This document shows positions 9,111 through 18,603 of a stretch of 64,000 nucleotides of DNA, one piece after another; position 1 is the stretch's first letter, and the number at the start of each line of letters is the position of its first letter. The translations under genes and the position numbers were made by a program. This stretch comes from Bacillota bacterium (GTDB lineage: Bacteria > Macinerneyibacteriota > Macinerneyibacteria > Macinerneyibacteriales > DSCS01), in contig DSCS01000057.1 of assembly GCA_011048995.1 (NCBI GenBank), forward strand, positions 2,541 through 66,540, given 5' to 3'. The notes beneath the pieces were generated by a model, which made no database searches, was not told the origin of the DNA, and worked only from the letters and a program-made list of their open reading frames with translations.

Positions 9111-9786
9111 AATTGATCTCGGCATCGGAAGCGCGGTAATAAGCCGGCTCTTTTGTCAACAGGTCATCCCCCCCACGCTCTTCAAACAGGCGCATACCCA
9201 GTCGGGCCACGGCAAAAGGATCTATATGGGTATGAGATGAGATATAAGTCTCTTTTCTGCTGAATACAGACTCTATTGTTTCGCGGAAAGTTTCTCCTTC
9301 CCCCAAAAAAAGCGCCCTTCCCCCTTTCTTTTGAGCCTCTCTGAAAAAGCGCTCCGGATGATAAGAGCCGGGAGGGATCAATTCAGAAAGTGACCGGGAT
9401 CTCATTTCATAAAGAGCGGCAAAGACCTGGCCTTTTCTGGCATCGAAAAGAGGGGCGTAACATCCGTCTCCAAAAGCATACGTCTGCGCCAGAGCCTCCA
9501 GGGCATTGACTCCGCATAACGGAATATCCATGGCATAAGCAAGGCTTTTGGATAATGTCATTCCGATACGGAGTCCCGTAAACGAGCCCGGGCCTTCGAC
9601 AACGGCAATGAGTCCTAAATTTTTCAATTCGACCTGAGATTCATCAAGCAAAAAACTGATCATCTGAAGAAGTTTTTCAGAGTATGTCGCTTTGACATTA
9701 AAGGAAATCCCCATCAGAGGCTGTCCGTCACGGGTAAGAGCCACACTGCCGAAAAAGCGTGAACTGTCAACAGCCAGAGTGTACAT
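9085..9786 (-). CDS. tsaB: tRNA t6A biosynthesis protein TsaB (YeaZ).
   Basis: The YeaZ-type N-terminus reads MYTLAVDSS...SVAL. The start is trimmed to MYTLAVD, so the gene overlaps tsaE's 3' end. Confidence 0.8.
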   Translation of the reverse strand: MYTLAVDSSRFFGSVALTRDGQPLMGISFNVKATYSEKLLQMISFLLDESQVELKNLGLIAVVEGPGSFTGLRIGMTLSKSLAYAMDIPLCGVNALEALAQTYAFGDGCYAPLFDARKGQVFAALYEMRSRSLSELIPPGSYHPERFFREAQKKGGRALFLGEGETFRETIESVFSRKETYISSHTHIDPFAVARLGMRLFEERGGDDLLTKEPAYYRASDAEINYEKNHPSS

Positions 9787-10210
9787 AAGCCCTCTCAATC
9801 CTGATTTCACGTGTTGTATCATCGACAATTGTCATCCTGACCTTCACAGCCGGGACCCCGGGGGGGATCTCCGCCTTTTCAGCCCACTCGATCACTGAGA
9901 CAATCCCCTCTTCGATATGTTCGTCAAACCCCAGCTGAAAGAGCTCCTCAGGGTCTTCGATCCGGTAAAGGTCAAAATGATTGACAGAGCCCGCAGGAGA
10001 GTCATAAATATTCAGCAAAGTGAAGGTCGGTGAGCGCACTTCTGATTCAGAGACTCCGAAAAACAGGGCGACTCCCCGGGCAAAGACGCTTTTCCCTGCG
10101 CCCAGATCTCCGTAAAGCAAAACAAGGCTCCCTTGTTCCAAAGAGGAGGCCAGCCGTTGGCCGATCTCCATTGTCTCTTCAGGAGAAAACGATTGAAAGC
10201 ACTCTTTCAT
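9767..10210 (-). CDS. tsaE: tRNA t6A biosynthesis ATPase TsaE (YjeE).
   Basis: 147 aa with the P-loop LYGDLGAGKS. Confidence 0.8.
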   Translation of the reverse strand: MKECFQSFSPEETMEIGQRLASSLEQGSLVLLYGDLGAGKSVFARGVALFFGVSESEVRSPTFTLLNIYDSPAGSVNHFDLYRIEDPEELFQLGFDEHIEEGIVSVIEWAEKAEIPPGVPAVKVRMTIVDDTTREIRIERAYVHSGC

Positions 10211-11646
10211 GGCAGGTAGTTTAATCCTTTATCCGTCATCACTAAAACCCCCGTTTGAAACGGATAGACTTTGAGAATCCGGGAGGAGCGGAGGCCGTCC
10301 TCTTCAGTCAAAACACGGAATTGCTCCTTTTTGATATCAATAATATAAAGCCCTGTCTCCGTTGCCGCATAGAGGAAACTGTCTTTGACAAGAAGATCTG
10401 ATACGCCCTCTCTCATGGCCCGGATCACAGAGATATCCCGTGTTTGTAAATCATAGGTGATTATCCCCGCGTTTCCGCAAATATACAGGATATCGCCATC
10501 CCGTTGCATCTCATTCAAGAAATCATTCCACAATGTCGAAGCACTATACGTGTAAAGAGATTTTCCGTTAAGGTCTGTAATGACCAGACGGTCACGGTGA
10601 AGGAGTATGATATTATTTTCGGATATATCAAACCGGGCAACGTTAAAAAAGTCGATGCCGCGTATCTCCTTTACCTTTCGGGGATCATTCACCAAAAACG
10701 AATTGATGCCGTATTTAGACAAGAGATACAGCCGCCTTCCCCGGGATTTCAAAGAAATGATATTATTGTCCAAAAGGCCGGCATCGGCTTTAATAACCGG
10801 CTGCAGCCTCCCGTTCACATAACGGGCCGCACCGTTGTTTTTCGTAGCCAGCCACAGTTGAGAATCGATCCAAAGCGCATCGTTGACATTATCTTTAAGT
10901 TCTGCATCCCGGACAAAAGTAAAAACCCCTTTTTGGTAAAGATTAAGATGATCTCCGACAAACCAGATCTGCTCTTCTCCGGCAAAAATAATATCGGAGA
11001 CATGGCGGCCGTATAAAGCCCCGTTATTTTTTAAGGCATACGAGGATGATGAAGAGAATGTCATCAAATACCCTTCTGCGGTGATAAAGACACCTTCGCC
11101 GTTTTGCAACACCTCATGATCCGTAATCTCCATGAGACGGCCGGTCTGAGGATCCACCGGGGGGAAATGCGGCGCTCCTTTACGAAACACAGTCACCGGG
11201 ACAGCTTCCCCCGGCGTCCATTCGAAGCGGCTCCAATCATAGGTCCAGCTCCCATTTCGGGAACGGACAGAAAAAAGCTGCTGATCATAACCGCCGTGTG
11301 TCACCGGCCCTAATGACTCTCTTATCTTTTCCCAAGTCTTATCTCCCCGCCTTCGGTAAACACCCCGATCCGTAAAGGCAAAGATATGGGGAAGATCTTT
11401 TCCTGCGATTAAAGCGTAGACGAGATGTCCTTCAAGCAAAGTCTCCGGGTCTCCGTGAAAACGAAAAGCGCGTTCGGCTCCGTCAAAGACAAGAACCCCG
11501 TTATCAGTGCCGCAGTAAATCAAAAAGGCGTCTGAAACCACGTCATAAGCTTTCTGATATGAAACAAAAACCTCGATATTTTGAGCTCCTGCAAACAGAA
11601 AACAGCAGAATGCTGCAAAAATCAAGACCGCAGCCTTTCTTTTCAT
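10207..11646 (-). CDS. Secreted beta-propeller repeat protein, resembling the two-component-regulator propeller (Reg_prop) fold.
   Basis: 479 aa. A signal peptide is present, followed by repeated blocks of about 40 aa rich in G, D, W and Y. Confidence 0.5.
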   Translation of the reverse strand: MKRKAAVLIFAAFCCFLFAGAQNIEVFVSYQKAYDVVSDAFLIYCGTDNGVLVFDGAERAFRFHGDPETLLEGHLVYALIAGKDLPHIFAFTDRGVYRRRGDKTWEKIRESLGPVTHGGYDQQLFSVRSRNGSWTYDWSRFEWTPGEAVPVTVFRKGAPHFPPVDPQTGRLMEITDHEVLQNGEGVFITAEGYLMTFSSSSSYALKNNGALYGRHVSDIIFAGEEQIWFVGDHLNLYQKGVFTFVRDAELKDNVNDALWIDSQLWLATKNNGAARYVNGRLQPVIKADAGLLDNNIISLKSRGRRLYLLSKYGINSFLVNDPRKVKEIRGIDFFNVARFDISENNIILLHRDRLVITDLNGKSLYTYSASTLWNDFLNEMQRDGDILYICGNAGIITYDLQTRDISVIRAMREGVSDLLVKDSFLYAATETGLYIIDIKKEQFRVLTEEDGLRSSRILKVYPFQTGVLVMTDKGLNYLP

Positions 11647-12209
11647 CAGTATCCTCCCCCTATATGCTCAAGACAGATTTTGATTCCCAGGCCGATAAGA
11701 ATGACTCCCCCTATAATATTGATCTTTGGGCCGAATATCAATCCAAAAGCACGCCCCATATAGACAGCAATCCATGACAAGAGGAATGTCACTCCTCCGA
11801 TCATCAAAACCGGCCAAAGGATCGCCACATCCAAAAGGGCGAATGTCAGGCCTAATGCCAAAGCATCAAGACTTGTCGCGATCCCTAAGGCAAAGAGAAC
11901 CGCCGGAGCCAGGATCTGACAAGCCGGCTTTGTTTTTGCTGCACTTCCTTCTTTAATCATATGGATTCCGACCAGAAGAAGCAACCCTAAAACGACCCAA
12001 TGGTCAACGGGCCGGATGACAGGAGCCAGAACACGTCCGGCGTACCACCCGGCTACAGGCATAGCAGCCTGAAACAGTCCGAAAGTGCCGGCGATAATAA
12101 GAGGATGACGGAATTTCAAGCTTTTCAAACTGCACCCGTAGGCCAAAGAGACAGCAAAGGCATCCATGGCCAGGGAAAGGGCGATCAGAAGGAGAGGGAC
12201 CAGAGCCAT
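11646..12209 (-). CDS. mntP: Putative manganese efflux pump MntP.
   Basis: 187 aa. There are two DUF204-like halves with the LSLAMDAFAVS motif and six TM segments. Confidence 0.75.
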   Translation of the reverse strand: MALVPLLLIALSLAMDAFAVSLAYGCSLKSLKFRHPLIIAGTFGLFQAAMPVAGWYAGRVLAPVIRPVDHWVVLGLLLLVGIHMIKEGSAAKTKPACQILAPAVLFALGIATSLDALALGLTFALLDVAILWPVLMIGGVTFLLSWIAVYMGRAFGLIFGPKINIIGGVILIGLGIKICLEHIGGGY

Positions 12210-12212
12210 GTT

Positions 12213-13322
12213 TTATCTTTCCGCTCTTTGTAAATGCTCCAAATAACAGAAAATAAACATATCAATATCGCCGTCGAGCACGGCATCCACATTGCCTGTT
12301 TCTACATTGGTTCTGTGATCTTTGATCATCTTGTAGGGATGAAGGACATAGGAGCGGATCTGACTCCCCCAGGCATTATCTTTTTTTGAATTTTCCACTT
12401 GGGTTTTCGCCGCCTCCAATTTTTCCATTTCAGCCTGATAAAGCCGAGCCTTAAGCATTTTAAAAGCCTGCTCTCTATTCTGTATCTGGGATCGCTCATT
12501 TTGGCATTGGACGACAATATTTGTCGGTAAATGAGTGATTCTGACAGCTGAATCTGTCATATTGATATGCTGTCCTCCCGCTCCGGAAGCACGGAAGGTA
12601 TCAATTCGCAGATCCTTTTCATTGATCTCGATCTCGATCTCATCATCAAGCTCGGGGTATACAAAGACGGAAGCAAAGGAGGTATGCCGCCTTTTGTTCG
12701 AATCAAAAGGGCTGATCCGCACAAGGCGATGGACACCGTTTTCCGTTTTCAAATACCCATGAGCATAAGGCCCTTTGATAAAGAGGGTCACGCTTTTTAT
12801 CCCGGCCTCTTCGCCATCCTGATAATCGATGATCTCAACCCCATATTTTCTGTAATCAGCCCAATGCTGATACATCCGCATCAGCATAGAAGCCCAGTCC
12901 TGCGATTCTGTGCCCCCGGCTCCGGGATGAATCTCTAAATACGCATTATTGGCATCATTCTTTTCACTGAGAAGGCTTTGAAGCTCTGCATTCTTCAATT
13001 CTTTTTGAAAAGAGGCAAGGTGTTTTTCAAGATCCGAGGACATCCCCGGGTCAAACTCCTCTTCTAAGAGATCAGCCAATAAAATGATTTCATCGTAAGC
13101 ATCCCGTATCTGTTGAAAACGGGCGATCGTGTCCTCCAAAAGACGCAGCTCACGTCCCAGTTCTTTTGTTTTTTTCTGATCCGACCAGATTTCTTCACGG
13201 GTCATCATCTCACGGATCTCTTCAGCTCGGGACCAAGCCGCATCCACTTTTAAAAACTCTTTCAGCTTTTCGACTTTGGGCCGGGACTCTTCGATAATGT
13301 TCCGGGCTTCAAATAATTCCAT
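12213..13322 (-). CDS. prfB: Peptide chain release factor 2, encoded in-frame with no programmed +1 frameshift.
   Basis: 369 aa with the SPF tripeptide and GGQ motif ([22 protein letters not shown]). The reading frame is uninterrupted from Met1. Confidence 0.9.
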   Translation of the reverse strand: MELFEARNIIEESRPKVEKLKEFLKVDAAWSRAEEIREMMTREEIWSDQKKTKELGRELRLLEDTIARFQQIRDAYDEIILLADLLEEEFDPGMSSDLEKHLASFQKELKNAELQSLLSEKNDANNAYLEIHPGAGGTESQDWASMLMRMYQHWADYRKYGVEIIDYQDGEEAGIKSVTLFIKGPYAHGYLKTENGVHRLVRISPFDSNKRRHTSFASVFVYPELDDEIEIEINEKDLRIDTFRASGAGGQHINMTDSAVRITHLPTNIVVQCQNERSQIQNREQAFKMLKARLYQAEMEKLEAAKTQVENSKKDNAWGSQIRSYVLHPYKMIKDHRTNVETGNVDAVLDGDIDMFIFCYLEHLQRAER

Positions 13323-13325
13323 ATC

Positions 13326-14006
13326 CTACTCCTCCGATGCCTTCCTCATCTCCTGTTGGAGGTGACTCAACATCATACTGTAATTTTTATTTTCTGGCTC
13401 ACACTCCACAGCTATGGAAATCTCACGCAACCCGTTGCTTTTGTCACCCTCTTTAAAGAGAAGAAGGCCGTAAAGATAATGAGCCAAAGCGTTTTTCCCG
13501 TTTGCCGCGACAGCCTCCTGTAACGATTTTCCGGCAGCTTCATTGTTCCCGCTCCGGGACTCCTCTGCCCCTTTTTCAGTCAATTCCACCGAGCGGACAT
13601 AGGCTTTCCGCCACTCTTTATTGAACACTTTATCCCTGCGTTTTTGGACAAAATAATTAAAGGGCTCGGCTTCCAAAGCCCGGCTCACGGCTTCCTCGGC
13701 TTTTTTCCATTCCTTTTTCCTCAGATAGACTTCAGAAAGAAGAGAAAAGCTGTTTATGCTTTTGGGGTTCAATTGAGTGGCCTTTATAAAATATTCTTCG
13801 GCTTTTTCAAAATTCTTTTCTTCAAAATAGATCGTCGCAATATTATGAAAAATCATATAGTTGACAAAGCGATGCTCTTCCAGAGCCAGATAAAGCTCTT
13901 TAGCACGCTGATGATCCCCTTTTTTTAAAGCCTCATTGCCCTGCCGTGTCAGTCGGCGTGCTTTGAACAAACGGGGATACAAAGCTAATTTTTTAAAGAA
14001 ATTCAT
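13326..14006 (-). CDS. TPR-repeat protein.
   Basis: 226 aa with several 34-aa TPR-like repeats. AAGGGAGG sits 5 nt upstream of the ATG. It is the first gene of the long operon. Confidence 0.7.
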   Translation of the reverse strand: MNFFKKLALYPRLFKARRLTRQGNEALKKGDHQRAKELYLALEEHRFVNYMIFHNIATIYFEEKNFEKAEEYFIKATQLNPKSINSFSLLSEVYLRKKEWKKAEEAVSRALEAEPFNYFVQKRRDKVFNKEWRKAYVRSVELTEKGAEESRSGNNEAAGKSLQEAVAANGKNALAHYLYGLLLFKEGDKSNGLREISIAVECEPENKNYSMMLSHLQQEMRKASEE

Positions 14007-14030
14007 GAAACCTCCCTTTTCTCTTCAGGG

Positions 14031-14058
14031 ATAATACCTCTTTAAGCCTTTTTTTCAA
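14031..14058 (-). promoter_or_regulatory. Candidate sigma70-type promoter for the long minus-strand operon.
   Basis: On the minus strand, TTGAAA (plus 14053-14058) is followed by a 16-nt spacer and TATTAT (plus 14031-14036). That lies about 25 nt upstream of the TPR gene's ATG at 14006. Confidence 0.35.
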
Positions 14059-14170
14059 GATATTTCACACTTAAACACTGAAAAACAGCACATTACCCCT
14101 TTTTTTTTCTCTGCAACAATGTTCCCTTTTTTGCGTATACAAAATAAGAACCCGCATTAAGGTAATGGGA

Positions 14171-14896
14171 ATGAAAACAGATGTTTTGATTGTAACCGCT
14201 CAACAGCGGACGGGCTTACATCTCCAAAAATCACTTCGCCTTGTTCCGGGTCTTTCCATTAAAGGGCCTGTTCACTCTTCTCACAAACTGCTTTTTTTTT
14301 TAACAGAATACTCCCCGGTCCTGGCTCTCATCTTTCTTTGTCCTGTAACCGAGAAATGGCTTCGCCTTCTTTTCCATGCTCCCCGCTACCCTCAGGTCAT
14401 CTTTACTGCTTCACACTCCTCTTATGCCCCTTTGGCCTATACTTATAATTGTGCGGGATATCTTGTGGAACCCTATTCAGAGAGAGACCTCTGTCACACC
14501 GTAAAAAAGGCCCTGATCAGGGGAAGAATATGGGAACATGCCCGAGAAGCCGATACGGAATCTCTCTTTCCTTTGTCCGGAAAGCAAAAAAATCATACCC
14601 GTTTTTTTCACCCCGGAGAAATCGATTATTTTAAGGCGGAAGATAAATATGTCTTTATTTTTTCAGGAAAAAAAAGGTACTTTTGCCCCTATAGCCTTAA
14701 AGAGCTGGAAGGAATTCTGAAGAGAGACGATTTTTGCCGAATACGGCGAAACCTCATCATCAGCCGTCATGCTGTTCATAACGCTGTAAAAGAAAGCCCC
14801 CGTGATATCTACATTTCACTGAGAACATTCGGAAAACCCGTACTCAAAGTCGGACGCTTCTATATTCCCCGGACACGAAAATGGTTAGGCCTTTAA
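14171..14896 (+). CDS. LytTR-family DNA-binding regulator with a degenerate receiver domain.
   Basis: The C-terminal LytTR domain reads FFHPGEIDYFKAEDKYVFIFSGKKRYF. The N-terminal receiver-like region lacks the phospho-acceptor Asp (SPVLALIFLCP in its place). The start is taken at the second ATG, MKTDVLIV, which has better AAGG spacing. Confidence 0.7.
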   Translation: MKTDVLIVTAQQRTGLHLQKSLRLVPGLSIKGPVHSSHKLLFFLTEYSPVLALIFLCPVTEKWLRLLFHAPRYPQVIFTASHSSYAPLAYTYNCAGYLVEPYSERDLCHTVKKALIRGRIWEHAREADTESLFPLSGKQKNHTRFFHPGEIDYFKAEDKYVFIFSGKKRYFCPYSLKELEGILKRDDFCRIRRNLIISRHAVHNAVKESPRDIYISLRTFGKPVLKVGRFYIPRTRKWLGL

Positions 14897-15724
14897 TCCC
14901 CAGGTTCCGTAGCTCACAAAAGAATCCATGCCGGCCGCCGGATACATGTCATAGCTGGTGGTGTATTCCAGAAACCGGATCTCTCCCTTCTGAAACAACC
15001 CTGTCAGTAAAGCCATACCTCCCGGGCCGCAGGCCGAACGGCTTTTCAGAGAATACGGAATAAGGTCCCGGTACTCTCCGCGGGTGACTTTCTCAATAAA
15101 AACGGGGTCCTTTTCCCCTGTCACATAGGCATATCCCGAAGCCCCGCTTCCATGGGAGATATCTCCGTATTGGAACCCGTAATGGGTCAAGTCACTGCTG
15201 GCTATAAAACGGATTTCAGGCCTTTTTTTTAAAAGGTGATGAAAAAAACCCACATAACGGTCCAGATTGCTGTGAACACCCGGTGGAACAGCGATGGGGA
15301 TAATGGAGCATCGGGGAGCCAGGAAACGCAAGAAGGGGAGCTGGACTTCCAGTGAGTGCTCTCCCTCATGGGGCCGGGATGAAAAAGAAAAAAGAGGTGT
15401 CTGAAAATTATCATTGATCAATTCATCCGCCACAGGAATATCGCCCAGCGGAGTCTCCCAAGCGCCCTCAGGGTAGATTGCAGGTTTTTCAATATCGGCT
15501 GTATGCACAGCTCCGAAAAGGACAAAGACCGTATCCTCGTTCATATCCAATGCATTGAGTGCCCGCAAGGCGGCTCCTCCGGAAAAAGGCCATCCTGCAT
15601 GAGGCACAATAACTCCCTGAAATCCTTTCGGGGCGCTCCCTTTTATCTCCCGGGCAATAAAGGTCTCGATAGCGGAAGCGCTTCCGGGATAAAACTGGCC
15701 CGAAACGGCAGCTTTCCTCCTCAT
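14885..15724 (-). CDS. Memo-like protein (AmmeMemoRadiSam system protein B).
   Basis: 279 aa with the motifs SGQFYPG, VPHAGWPFSGG and HSLE...LPF. A strong AGGAGGGGG sits upstream. The 3' end overlaps the convergent LytTR gene by 12 nt. Confidence 0.8.
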   Translation of the reverse strand: MRRKAAVSGQFYPGSASAIETFIAREIKGSAPKGFQGVIVPHAGWPFSGGAALRALNALDMNEDTVFVLFGAVHTADIEKPAIYPEGAWETPLGDIPVADELINDNFQTPLFSFSSRPHEGEHSLEVQLPFLRFLAPRCSIIPIAVPPGVHSNLDRYVGFFHHLLKKRPEIRFIASSDLTHYGFQYGDISHGSGASGYAYVTGEKDPVFIEKVTRGEYRDLIPYSLKSRSACGPGGMALLTGLFQKGEIRFLEYTTSYDMYPAAGMDSFVSYGTWGLKA

Positions 15725-15733
15725 ATCCCCCTC

Positions 15734-18538
15734 CTATTCAAATAGTATTTTCAGGTCTTCCCATGACATTGTCTTCATAAAAGCTGTGTCGGTAAAATCA
15801 AGGGCGTGGAACATTTCGCTCTTTTCTTCCTGCATTTTTATAATCTTCTCTTCAATCGTCCCTTCCGTCATCAGTTTATAGACGTTCACCGCCCGGGTCT
15901 GTCCCATACGATAGGCTCGGTCTGTCGCCTGACGCTCGACCATAGGGTTCCACCAGGGATCAAAATGAACAACGACATCCGCCCCTGTGATATTCAGCCC
16001 TGTCCCTCCGGCTTTGAGGCTTACAAGGATTATCGGAATATCTTCATTTTCATTGAAACGGTCCACGATATCCACACGGTTAGAGGTCTTTCCGTCAATG
16101 TATTCAAAGGGAATCTTTTCCTTCCGCAGATCGCCCCGGATGATATGAAGCATTTTCACAAACTGGCTGAAAAGAAGAATGCGATGGCCTCCGTCGATAG
16201 ATTCAGCCAGAATCTCACGGAGCAGATCCATCTTGGCAGAAATATCATCCCTCTCGGCCAACTCAGGGTAGATCATTCCCGGATGATTGCAGATCTGGCG
16301 CAACCGGATAAGAGCACTCAAAATATGCATACGGCTTTTGACAAATCCTTCTTTTTCGACCAATCCGAAAATCTCGCTGCGTATCTCGGAAAGAATCCGT
16401 TGATACAGCTCCCTTTGTCCTTCTGTCAAAGGCACCACGGAGATCTGTTCAATTTTCGGAGGAAGCTCCGTCAAGACTTCTTCCTTGGTGCGTCTCAGAA
16501 TAAAGGGTTTGATTTTCAGATTCAGTTCGACAAGGACCTCTTCATTTTTTTCCCTGACGATCTCTTTATCGTAATGGTCCACAAAATGGCGCCTTGTCCC
16601 CAAATAACCGGGCATAATAAAATCAAAAATCGACCATAATTCCCGGATCGAATTTTCCATGGGGGTTCCGGTCAGCACCAATCGGAACATCGCATCCAGT
16701 TTTTTTACACTTCGGGCGACTTTTGTCTGATAATTTTTGATATGCTGCGCCTCGTCCAGGATGACATAGTGATAGACTTTTTCTCCGTAAAGGTCAATAT
16801 CATTGCGTAAAAGAGAATAGGATGTAATAAACAGATCCGTTTCGGAAGAGCGGGATAAAATCTCCTCACGGGCGGCACGATTCCCCTCGACGACCACACA
16901 TTTAAGCTCCGGCGTAAACTTTTTTACTTCTTTGACCCAGTTATGCATGAGTGATTTGGGACAGACAACAAGAGAGGGCAACGGGCTTTTGAGAGAGCTG
17001 ATCATGGCCAGAGCCTGAACCGTCTTCCCCAAGCCCATATCATCGGCCAATATGCCGGAAAGCTTGTAGCGATGAAGAAAGTGAAGCCAGTAAAAGCCCT
17101 CTTTCTGATAAGGCCTGAGGATGTGATCCAGAGATTCAGGGACCTTGACTTTTCGTATTCCCTTGACATCCATCAGTTCCTCATAGAGGGCTTTAAACCT
17201 GTCATCCCCCCGGATCTCAATGTCCCGGTTCTTTTTGACATAATTGATCAAATGAGGAAGATAATATATTTTATGGCGAAAGTTTTCTTTTTTGTCCAAA
17301 GACAAAGAGAAAGCCTCTTTAAACTCATTGATAAATTGGCGTATCTCTTCTAAATTGACAAGTTTCAATATACGCGTTCGGTCTAATTTGATAAACGGGT
17401 CGCCTTCACGAATGTGCTTTTTGAGTGTTTCCGGGCTGAGCGAATAATCCTCCTTCAAACGGCATCCGAAGTTAAGAGAGAAAAAAGACTCTTCTTCCAG
17501 AGAGATCTCTAATACAGGCCTTATCGTCACATTAAAAATCCGGATCTGCCGAAATTCAGGTGTCAGCTTTTTGGCCCAGTCAGAAGGAATGCGTCTAAAG
17601 CCGTTGATAAGGAAGTCAATAATATCGTCATTCTCCTTAAGCACAAAATAACCGTCTTCCCATTTAAAATTATATTGGAAAAAGAAAAGAAACAGGCGCC
17701 GCTCCTTTTTGGGGTCCCGCCGGATAAAATAGATCTGCTCATCGACAGATTTCACAATGTAGGGGCCCTTTTTTATGATGTCATTATACGTGAACTCCAT
17801 CTTTCCATAATGATAGACAGGGTCGATCTTTATGATTCCGTCATCATAATCCAATCTGAGCTCAATATGAAGCTGGTTATGATGGATCTCTACCCGGCAG
17901 ACCCGGTCTTCCCACTGAAAATCAAGATAGCGGTTCCAGTAATTATGAAAATTATCGATAAAATCAAAAAGTTCGTCATCCTGAAATGTGTTCCCCCTGG
18001 TCAAAATCGTATCCCACAATGGCTGGGAGTAAACCGGCAGCAGGCGGGCCAGAAGGCGCCCGCTTAAGTACCATTTTTCTCCCCCGAAGGAGAGGATCCG
18101 GGATTCTGATTCTTTTTCAGGGAAAACCTCGATCTTTTCCGAACTGCACCTTATGCGCACTGCCGGTTTTTCGAATTTATCTTTTACCGTCAACGGGATT
18201 TTATCAGAAAGAAGATAGACATGGGGATAACCGATAAGAAGATTTAAAAATTCGCGGGCATAGGGCCCATGAAGCACAAATGCCTTGTTTCTGTATTTAC
18301 CGAATTTGAGCAGATGCTCTAAAACCTGGCGCTGCCCACTGCTGAGGTCTCCGATAAAAGCTTGAGCCTCTTCTTCGGCAAAAAAATTTTTGGCAGCATT
18401 TTCGGCATGACTGATAAATTCCAGAAGCTCATTTTGCAATAACAGCCAATCTTTATGAGGCCCGGGCTTGACTGTTACGAATATATCGCTGATCGTGTCT
18501 TCTATACCGATATAGAAAGGCAGGGGTTTTTCTGTCAT
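15734..18538 (-). CDS. SNF2-family DEAD-like helicase with a long N-terminal SNF2-associated region.
   Basis: 934 aa. The C-terminal half carries helicase motif I LADDMGLGKT, motif II DEAQHIKN and helicase C motifs. The roughly 450-aa N-terminal region has no assignable motif. Confidence 0.85.
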   Translation of the reverse strand: MTEKPLPFYIGIEDTISDIFVTVKPGPHKDWLLLQNELLEFISHAENAAKNFFAEEEAQAFIGDLSSGQRQVLEHLLKFGKYRNKAFVLHGPYAREFLNLLIGYPHVYLLSDKIPLTVKDKFEKPAVRIRCSSEKIEVFPEKESESRILSFGGEKWYLSGRLLARLLPVYSQPLWDTILTRGNTFQDDELFDFIDNFHNYWNRYLDFQWEDRVCRVEIHHNQLHIELRLDYDDGIIKIDPVYHYGKMEFTYNDIIKKGPYIVKSVDEQIYFIRRDPKKERRLFLFFFQYNFKWEDGYFVLKENDDIIDFLINGFRRIPSDWAKKLTPEFRQIRIFNVTIRPVLEISLEEESFFSLNFGCRLKEDYSLSPETLKKHIREGDPFIKLDRTRILKLVNLEEIRQFINEFKEAFSLSLDKKENFRHKIYYLPHLINYVKKNRDIEIRGDDRFKALYEELMDVKGIRKVKVPESLDHILRPYQKEGFYWLHFLHRYKLSGILADDMGLGKTVQALAMISSLKSPLPSLVVCPKSLMHNWVKEVKKFTPELKCVVVEGNRAAREEILSRSSETDLFITSYSLLRNDIDLYGEKVYHYVILDEAQHIKNYQTKVARSVKKLDAMFRLVLTGTPMENSIRELWSIFDFIMPGYLGTRRHFVDHYDKEIVREKNEEVLVELNLKIKPFILRRTKEEVLTELPPKIEQISVVPLTEGQRELYQRILSEIRSEIFGLVEKEGFVKSRMHILSALIRLRQICNHPGMIYPELAERDDISAKMDLLREILAESIDGGHRILLFSQFVKMLHIIRGDLRKEKIPFEYIDGKTSNRVDIVDRFNENEDIPIILVSLKAGGTGLNITGADVVVHFDPWWNPMVERQATDRAYRMGQTRAVNVYKLMTEGTIEEKIIKMQEEKSEMFHALDFTDTAFMKTMSWEDLKILFE

Positions 18539-18603
18539 ATCACCATCTCTTCACTGTTTTATCTTTCACTTTACCCCTAATCCCCTCTTTGTGCAAGTTT
18601 TCC

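Noticed and set aside
11646-12215. A yybP-ykoY Mn riboswitch upstream of mntP.
   Set aside because: Only 3 nt separate prfB and mntP, which leaves no room for a leader.
12213-13322. Expected prfB +1 programmed frameshift.
   Set aside because: I looked for it. The frame is intact from Met1 and there is no in-frame UGA near codon 25.
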